Assembly (NCBI GenBank): GCA_964247135.1
Contig: CAXTTL010000156.1
Location: 1-11,413, forward strand
Reading direction: 5' to 3'
Source of the DNA: an uncultured Deinococcales bacterium
Lineage (GTDB): Bacteria; Deinococcota; Deinococci; Deinococcales; JAAFIG01
Length of the DNA stretch: 11,413 nt
Within the stretch, counting starts at the first letter, position 1, and every line of letters starts with the position of its first letter. Below the pieces are notes generated by a model, which searched no databases, was not told the DNA's origin, and saw nothing but the letters and a program-made list of their open reading frames with translations. The position numbers were made by a program, and so were the translations under genes. This document shows positions 1 through 9,000 of the stretch, piece after piece.

Positions 1-3000
1 CCCTTTGATCTCGAGCTTGTTGTTCTCGAGTTTGCCGATCAGTTGTTTGGCGTTCAAACGCACCCCAGCCAGCCTGCCCTTGAAGTTTTCGACGTTCAGC
101 ACCGCGTCGGGTTTACCGTACTCGCCTTTCAGCTCGAGGTTGAGCGTGCCGTTGGCTTCCGGGTTCAAGCCGCGCAAGGTCGGCAAAAGGTCGAGCACCG
201 GCGTGAAGCTGGTGTTGGAAAAGCCCAGTTTCAAGTTGACCAGGTTTTTGCTGTAACGCCCCGAACCCAGCCATTCACCACCGTTTTTGGACTTTAAATG
301 CAAACTGTCCAACTCGAGGTTGCCCTTGTTAAAGACCGCACTCGCCGCGCCAATCAGGGCGTCTTGCCCCTCGCCGATCTCGAGCTTTTCAAAAGAGGCT
401 TTGACACTGCCCAAAAGCGGGTTTTTGACTGGAATATCGTAACGGGCGACTCCAGTCACCAATGCCGTGCCTGGCAATGCGCCGAAGACCGAACCCAAGA
501 GCGCATGAAATGGGGCGTTGCGCAAATCCAAATTGCCGGTGATGTTCTCGCCGTCGTAAGAACCTTGAAAGTCCGAATCGCCGTAAGAATTGAGCTTGAG
601 CGCCGAATCGGTTTCGCTCTGGTTGGGTTGCCTGCTGCTGCCGATCGTACCTTTAAAACGGATGCTCGAGTCTGCCGCCGAACCCGAAACTTGCAAGCGC
701 ACGTGGGTTTCGCCCACCGCGTTGTCGGTGGTGCTGGGCAAGGTCAAATCTGGAATACTGACCACAAAAGTCGTGATGCCGTCCACGATTTGCAAACCGC
801 CATATATTCGTCCTTTGGCGTTCGGCGCAATCCCGTGAACCACCGCGATTTCCTCGAGTTTAACCGTGTCAAGGCTGGCGGTGATCGAGTACGGGTTGCT
901 GTCTGGCGCACTGTGGGTGTACGCCTCGAGCGCGGGCAGCAGGTTTGAAATCCCGCCGCTGCCTTCAAATCTGGCTTTGCCGCCAAGGGTTTGGGCGGTT
1001 CCGCTGGCGGTAAATGAATCCTGGTTTAAGACAATGGTCGCAGTCGTGACAGCGCTCAGTCCGCTGGCTTCGATGGGAAAAGCTTGTGCCAAAAGCTTGC
1101 CCTGAATGCCTTTGGAATCCAGTGTGATCTGCCCCTGAATCTTGCCCTTGTTGTTTTTGCCGTTCAAATCAAGTTTCAAATCTCCCTGCCACAAGTCATG
1201 CTCGAGTTGAAACTGTCCTTTGGCGGTGCCTGGCGTTCCGGCGTAATCGAGCGCAATCTGGGCGGGTTTGTTGTTTTCGCTGGCGAACAGGGCGCTGCCT
1301 GTGCCGTCAATTTGCCAGCCCAAAGCCGCGATCTCGAATGGCGTTTTGACGTTCGACCAGCTCGCCTTGGCTGTGCCCGCCAGCAGCGTTTTGCCGCTTT
1401 GCAATTCGAGGTTCGCGTCCAAACTCAGGCTGCCGCCGTAACCCTCGAGCTGTAAAGCCGCCAGGTCGAGTTTGGGCATTTTGCCGATTAATTCGGCATT
1501 CTCGAGCGTAAATTGACCAGTGTTTGTACCATCTTGAAGCTCGAGCGTGGCGCGAAGATCGTTCAGCAAGTCGCTGCCCCCGAGTGCGATATTTGCTTTG
1601 GCGTTCAACTTTCCCTGAGTTGCCTCGAGAAGCGCTTTGGGTTGTGCCAGTGTGCCCGAAGGCGAGAGCTTGATGGTCGTGGCGCGTTCCTGGTACTGAA
1701 TCGTTCCTGAAAGATTGCCTTTGGCGTCCAGTGCAATTGCACCCGTGGTCTGAACACCGCCCAGGTTTGCGCCATTCGGGTCTGGGTTGAGTTTGGATTC
1801 AAGCTTGATCTCGAGCGGCTGAAGATTGGCTGTCAATCCGAGACGCATTCCAAATGCATAGACATCGCCCTCGAGTTTTGGCGCGTCGAATGCGCCAGAA
1901 AGTTGCAGGCTGGCAACGCCCGAGTTTTCGGCTTCGATACCGTACAAACTTTGCTTGGGCAAACCGTCCAGGGCAATCAGACCCGTCCAACCTTTAGCGC
2001 TGTTGGCACTGGCGTTGCCCTTGGCGCTGATGCCGTTGCTGCTGGCGTTCACGTCCAAATTGAGGTTGTCTTTGGTGTAACGCCCACCAATTTCGCCAGT
2101 TGCAATACCGCTCAAAACACCAGTGAATCCCAGGTCGAGTGCAGGTGAGGTGATGCCGCTCGAGTTGAGTTTGAGCTTTTGCCCAGATGCCACAAGCTCG
2201 AGGTTGGTGATGCCGGCATTTTTTCCGTCCCAGACAATTTCGCCGCCCTCAAACAAGGCTTTGCTCGCCAGTTTCTCGGGCGTCCAATTGAGAAAAAGTT
2301 TCATGTCTGGCGCGGTGATGCTCGAGAATTTTGGCTGGGTTAAATTGCCCGTAAAATTAAAGCTGGGTTTAAAGATCGAGCCGCTTACAGTCGCATTTCC
2401 AGTGGCACGACCCGCCGCCGACTCGAGCAGGGATTTCAAGTCAAGCCCAAGCGTTAAATTGCCCGAGAGCTTGGGATTGAAACGGTTTTCGCTGGCTTCG
2501 AGTTTAATGCTGCCAAGTGCGGCGTTCTCGAGTTTGATTTGATACTGACCGTCGCCCGTCCCGCGCAAATTGATGCTCGAGATTGAGTCTGGTAAACCTG
2601 AAAGTCGCAAGTCGGCATTGCCTTGAAGGTTTGGATAACTCCCTGCGAGCGCACCGTCAAATTCCACACCGTACACTTTGGCTTGTCCAGCCACAGCAAT
2701 TTTAGGGGTCGTCATCACGTCTCGAGCGCTGAGTTTAAGTTTGCCGCTGGCGCTGCCCGAGAATGTCGCGTCCGCCTCGAGTTGCGGATTCAGCAATTTG
2801 CCACTGACGCCAACCAGCGCACTGGCAGTCCAATCGTCTTGGCTGCCAGGACGGAATTTCTCGAGCGTTAAATCACCCAGCACATCTGGGTTGCTGGCGT
2901 CCCCAAAGAGTTTTGCCGCGCCGCCCGCCGTGCCTTGCACCCCAAAAGACTCGAGGTTGATGTTTGTCAGTTTCGCGTTGATGCCGTCCGATTTCAGGCT

Positions 3001-6000
3001 GGAGTCAATCGAACCAATCAAACTGAGGTCGCCGCCCAGAAGCTTAGCGTTTAAATTGGTGGTGGCTCTGTTGGCTTCGTATTGTGCATTGCCAACCAGT
3101 GACACCTCCCCGATTTGCTCGAGCTTGCCGGTGGCTTGAAAGTCACTCAAATTCGCTTGAATACCCTGTCCCGCGTCGCTGGCGGTTAGTAACCCCGATA
3201 CCTCGAGCGTGCCAAGGTTGACGGGCAGCAGCGGCTCGAGTTGAACTTGTTTGAAATTTCCACTCGCCTGCCACTTGCCGCCTGTTAAATCGGCGCTGAC
3301 CTGAATTTTTTCACCCTCGAGTTTGGCTTTTGCCGCACCGTTGTCGTAACTGGCAATCAGGTTGGCGTCCAAATCACCGGCGACATCATCGAGTTTGCCC
3401 GTCAGGTTCACGAATGGGCTTGTCCAATTCCCGTGCGCCTCGCCGTTTGCGGTCAGTGTCAATTGCCCAGGTTTATGCCACAACGCGCCAACATCAAAGC
3501 GTTCAAGCTCGAGTGTGGCATTCAAATCTTGGGTGATGTTTCCTGGCAGCACGGCATTCACGCGCCCACCCTGCCAATTCAGCGCCAGTGCCAGATCGTT
3601 GTGCCCAATTAACTCGAGTTTGGCAGGCTTACCGAGCAAATCACCGCTCGAATTGAGGTTGCCACCAAAACCCATATTCTTTGACCATGACAGCGTGCCA
3701 TCAAGCTCGAGGGTGCTATCCTGGTACATGGCTTTGGCTTGTTTCAGGCGCAAGTTGACTTGCTCGAGTCCATCCAAACTTCCCTCGAGCACGCCGAGCA
3801 CTTGATCGCCGCTGATCGCAACATTGAAGCGCTTGCCGTCAAATCCCGCCTCGAGTTTCGTGCCTGGGGCAATCAAACCAAAGCTTGCCGTACCGAGAAC
3901 TGCGGTGGCTGAGACGTCTGGATGCTCAAACGTACCCGTCGCGCCGCCCGAAAATTTGGCGGGCGCAAAGTCAAAACTCGAGTCGCCCGTGAAATTGGCT
4001 TTCAAGTTTGGGTACAAGCTGCCGTTTACTTCGGCAGTTGCGTTTTGATACTCGAGCTTGAGTTGCTGCGCCTCGAGTTGCGCGTTGTGATATTGCAGCG
4101 TTCCGCCGAGCTTCACGCCCTCGATGGTGCCGCTCAGGTTGTGCGCTGTGACCTCCAGGTTTTGAAACTCGAGGTCGCTTTGCAGATTGCCTTCAAGTTT
4201 TTGCCCGAGAGTGTCTTGCAATCCCGCCAAACTCGAGATTCCAATATGCCCCGTACCATGCACACCGCTCGAGTTGAGTTCGGCTGTGGCATTCAGATTT
4301 GCCGCATCCCAGGCTGCTTTGGCAGTGATTTGCGAGCCAATTAAACTCGCCTCGAGTTTGGTGATTTTTTTCAGCAACGTTCCCTCAGCATTCAGTCTCA
4401 GGTTTCTCGAGTGTTCACGCACATCGCCTGTGATTGCCCCGCGCAAACCATCGACCGTCAACTCGGCGTTGGCTTGTGGGTACAATCCACCCGAAATCGC
4501 AAACGTGTATTTCCCTGGCAGCACACCCTCGAGTTGCGCGTTCAACTGCCCAGCCTCGATCTTCGCAGTACCATCGGCGGAAACATCAAAGGCTTTTAAT
4601 CGCTCGAGTTTTAGAGCCATTGAACCCGCCTCGAGTTTGAAATCTGGGATATTAAGGCTGCCAGTCACCCGACCGCTCGCAGAAACGCCCACAATGCGCA
4701 GCAGGCGCAAATCCAGATCGAGTTGATCGGCGCTCAAACCAGCATTACCAATTTGAAAATCGCTGCTCGAGGTTGCCCCCAACCCTGCATTGCCATTCAG
4801 CGACCAAGTTTGACCCTCGAGTGTGGCTTGGGCGTTCAGTCGCACCGCATCGCCGTCGACTTTGGCATTGACGCTCTCTAAAGTTGCCTTGACCTCGAGT
4901 TGCTCTCCCAGCTTGCCGCTGGCATCAAAATTCAGTCGTCCTGGTTGAACCGTTTTTGCAATGTTTTCAGGCAATGCCAGTGCCGTACCCGTCAAATCCA
5001 GATCGCCTTTTGCCGTAAATTCGCGCAGGTTGGCGGTGGCGTTCAAGTTCAGAACACCCTTGGACTCGAGCCTCAGGTTTGGATCGGTTAACCCTCCCGA
5101 GACTTGCATATCAGCCGTTGCACCCTGCCCCCAAGCCGAATACGGCAAGCGCAAACCGCCGTTCCAACGCTCGCCGTCAAACACCAAGGCATCCGTCCCT
5201 CGGGTGATGCGAATGCCCAGCGCTTGACCCAGCGAAGCCGAGAATTTCAGTTCGGCTGGCTCGAGGCTGACCGTTCCACCTGGTACGCTTTGTGAATAAT
5301 TCAAAATCCGAAGTGTTCCCTCGGTTTCGAGGAACTGCCCAGATTTCGCACCCAGTTCAAAACTCGAGATGGCGGCGAGTTCGATTGGGTAGTTTGATTT
5401 TTCAGATTGGACTGAGAGTTTTGACACCTCGAGCGGAAATTTCCAACTTGCAGCCTTCAACGATAGCGGCAAAGCTCCGCCGAGGGTGGCGTTAAACGAA
5501 CCATCAGGCAACCAATTGGCTTTGATCGGAAAGCCAGAAACCTCAGAACTCAGCGCCCCATTCAAATGCTTATTCTCGAGTTTCAGCCGTCCACTGACCA
5601 GACTTGATGTACCCGAGAACAACGACAAATTTAATTTCTCGAGCGTCACCTCACCCGTCATGCTCGAGTCAAACAAAACCTTGCCCGTGCCGCCTTGGGC
5701 ATCTTGCAGGTTCGCGGTTGCATTCCAAGTTTTCAGGTTGCCGCGCACCCGAGCGTCCAGATTGATGGCAGTCTCAGCCGCTCCCAAATTGGCACTGACG
5801 CCCGCATTGAACTCGAGTTTTGGCAGGCTGACCAAACCGTTCAGATTCACCAGCGTCTCGAGTTGCTTGGGCAAAATCGTGCCAGCGAAAGCCGCCAAAA
5901 ATCCGCTCGGCGCTTTGCCAGTCACATTTAAAGCACTCCAAGGTCCGTTCGTCTCGAGTTTCCAAACTTCAGATTTTGGTGATCTTCCGCTCGAAACAGA

Positions 6001-9000
6001 TTGAACTTGTCCGCGCCAAGCCGAATCCATGATGTGCTCGAGGTTGAGTCCGAGCGTGGCATTGAGTTTGCTTTCAAAAACCTGTCCTTGAACCGTGCCA
6101 TTCAGACCACCCACAAAACCCGAGTCGAGGTTCGCGCCGTTCAATTTGGCGCTGGCTTGAAATGTTTGCGCTTGCAGGGCATCGCCAGCCAAAGCACCCG
6201 CACCGCTCGAGGCTTGAAGCGTGCCGTTCAAAGTTTTCCCCTGCACCTCGAAGCTGGCTTGCAGTTTCTCGAGTTTGATGTTCGCGCTTTTATCGCTCGG
6301 GGTTTTTTTGACAAGAATATTCGCAGGGTTTTTCTGGATTCTCGAGACCATTTGTTTGGTTCTTGTAGGGGTGAACCTTGTGTTCACCCTGCGCAACGAG
6401 TCACTTTGAAAGTTCCCCGAAAACGTGTTGGTCGTTTTTGTTTTCAAACCCGAGCCTAAATTGAATTCTTTCAAGAACGCATTGAAATCCTTCGTATCTC
6501 CGTTTGCACTGTCCGAATCGAGTTTGACCGAAATCTTGTTCCCCTCGAGTTGTCCTGAACTTTTAAAGCTTGCAAGGCTGACGCTCGAGCCGTTCCGCAC
6601 CGCTTGCGCCGTTGCGCCATCGAGTGAGCCTAAAACTTTTTGACCGATCAAATCCGCATTTGCCCTAAATTGCTCGAGCTTAAAATCTGCATTGTTCCAA
6701 TGTCCCGAACCCATTTTGGCGTTCAGTTGTCCACTGATATTTTTGTCTTCCAAAGTCGCATCGGCATTAAAATCTTGCAACTCGAGATTCGTGTCTTTCC
6801 AAGTTCCGCTGCCCGTTTGCGCCTCAAGTGTGCCCTTTGTGTTGTTGCCGAACTTTTCGGCATTCAAGGTCAATTTTCCAAGTTTGGCAGAGACATCTTT
6901 CCACCTTCCATCGCCCGATGCCGCCTCGAGCGTTCCATGAAGTTCCTGTCCAAGCATTGCGCCACTCAGCTTGAACTGCTCGAGTATCGCCGTGGCATCT
7001 TGGTAACTTCCAGTCCCTCGCAAGCCGTTGATATCTCCAGTCAACTGACCATCTTTAATTTGGGCATTGAGTTTAAACTGCTCGAGTTTGGCACTTGCCT
7101 CTTGGTAACTGCCAGAGCCTTGTTGCGCCTCGAGTTTGGCATTCAGGTTGTTGTCAATCCAACTGCCCTCAGCTTTGAACTGACTCAAGTCAACAGTGGC
7201 TTTTTGGTATGCGCCCACTCCCCGGTTCGCCTCGAGCGTGGCAAAAATCTGCTGGTTCAAAAACTTTCCCTCGAGCTTGAGTTGCTCGAGTTTGGCATTG
7301 GCGTCTTTGGATGTTCCCGATGCCGTTGCGGCTTGCAGTGTGCCGCTGAGTTGTTGATTAATCCAATTGCCCGCAAATTTGACCTGCTCGAGGTTGGCGC
7401 TGATGTCTTTCCAAGTTCCGTTTGCCCCTTGCGCGGTCAGTGCACCAACGATGGCGTTCCCGTTCAGGTTGGCATTCAGTTTCAAATCCTGAAAATTTCC
7501 AGTTGCGCCTTGATACGTTCCCGAAGCTTGAAGGGCTTCAAGGTCACCCGCAAAAATTTTGTTCTCGAGCTTGCCATTAAACGTAAACTGCTCGAGTTTG
7601 CCTTTGTCGTTCTGGTACGCGCCCGTGGCTCGAGTTCCCGTCAGGTTACCGGTGATGATGTTGTCTCTCAGTTTGGCATTCAGTACCACTTGCTCGAGAT
7701 TCGCATTGGCATCTTTACGGTAAGTTCCCGAAGCGGCAGCCGATGTCAGTTTGCCTTGAATCACGCCATCATCGCTGCTGGCTTCGAGCCTCAACGCGTT
7801 CAAATTGGCGCTCAGCTCTTGCCAAGTGCCATTTGCTTTCCCCGTCTCGAGTTTGCCCGAAAATTGATTGCCTTCCATTGCGCCAGAAAACGCAAATTTT
7901 GCCAGGTTTGCACTGGCGTCCTGATACTGACCCGAAGCCCGCGAAGCTGTCGCGTCGGCACTCAGGCGTTGATGCTCGAGTTTGGCATTCAGGTTGAATT
8001 GATCAAGGTTCGCTTTGATTTTTTGCCAACCACCGCTGGCATGGCTGGCTTGGAGGTAGGCTTGATATTGTGAGGCTTGCTTGTTGGCTTTCAGTTTAAA
8101 ATGCTCGAGTTTGAATTCTTGACCTGCATACACGCCTTGCACCAGACTTCCCAGCACATTGCCACGCAGGCTGGCGTCTTCAAATTTTTTCGACGCCGCA
8201 CCTGTGAAATCCAGATTTCCCTCGAGCATTTCGGCGCTGAAAGTATCCTGTCCCAAGTTGCCAGAAAGGCTTTCAGTCTTAAATTTTTCAAGGCTGGCAT
8301 TGCCATTTTTCAGGTTGTACCGACCGTTCAACTCGAGTTTTGAAACCCCAAATTGATCTGTCTCTTTTATAGCATTGGCGCTTCCAAGTACGGCTTGGAT
8401 TTGCAATTGGTCATTCTCGAGTTGACCTTTTGCCACCACCTGCGAGGCTTCTAGCTGATAGCCTTCAAACCGTCCTGAAAGCGCTTGGCTTTGAACCGCA
8501 AAACCCAAGTTGTTACCGCTCGAGTTGATGTTGGCGGTCGTGTTCTCGAGGGTGAACGGGTGCTTTTGATAGCTTCCAACCGCGCTCGAGATTTGAAGAT
8601 CGGTTTTGAGTTTGAGTGGCTTTCCAAGTACAAGATCAAAATTGTTCGCCGCGAGTGTTTTGGTTTCAACCTGCCAATCCTTGCCCGTCGCCGTGAGCGT
8701 TCCAGTGTTCAAATTTCCGCTGATGCTCGAGCCAACCCGAGCGATATTGGCGCTTAGGTTTTGAGTCTTTGCCGTGATGCCCTCGAGTGTCCCATCCAAA
8801 CTTTGCGCTTTGATTTTCGCCTCGAAATTGGCAGTGGTTAGCTTGTTGGGATTGGTTGTGTTCAGATCGCCCGTTAGCTCGAGATTCGTGACATTGACTG
8901 GATTGTTCTGCACGGTCACGCTGCCCGTTTGAACCTTGGCAGAAACCTCGAGTTTGCCATTTTTGGGTTGCGCACTGGCGTTGATGTTTTGCAGGTCAAA

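Noticed and set aside
5281-5460. Slightly AT-richer patch suggesting a gene boundary or frameshift
   Set aside because: The minus-strand frame is open throughout (WKFPLEVSKLSVQSEKSNYPIELAAISSFELGAKSGQFLETEGTLRILNYSQSVP), with no stop or frame change.
6369-6389. Hairpin as a rho-independent terminator
   Set aside because: It lies mid-CDS and has no adjacent U-tract on either strand. The preceding GTAG fits a REP-like element better.
7129-7996. 22-bp exact direct repeat ctcgagtttggcattcaggttg at 7129-7150 and 7975-7996
   Set aside because: It encodes NLNAKLE twice within a repetitive, compositionally biased region and includes the over-represented hexamer. It is out of register with the 102-bp period, and there is no sign of a mobile element or att site.
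6640-8073. 477-aa + strand ORF, the longest in the supplied track
   Set aside because: It is the codon-for-codon antisense shadow of the real gene. It stays open because the gene rarely uses TTA/CTA/TCA in the repeat core. The product is Cys/Phe/Arg-rich with mirrored LE motifs from the palindromic CTCGAG and has no recognisable domain.
6502-8136. Possible CRISPR array or non-coding tandem repeat suggested by recurring ctcgagtttggca-like strings
   Set aside because: There is no constant 23-47 bp repeat with unique spacers. The periodicity is 102 bp, conserved at the protein level and degenerate at the DNA level.
8451-8454. Scarcity of CTAG (only this copy noticed)
   Set aside because: CTAG avoidance is widespread in bacteria and is not specific to this locus.
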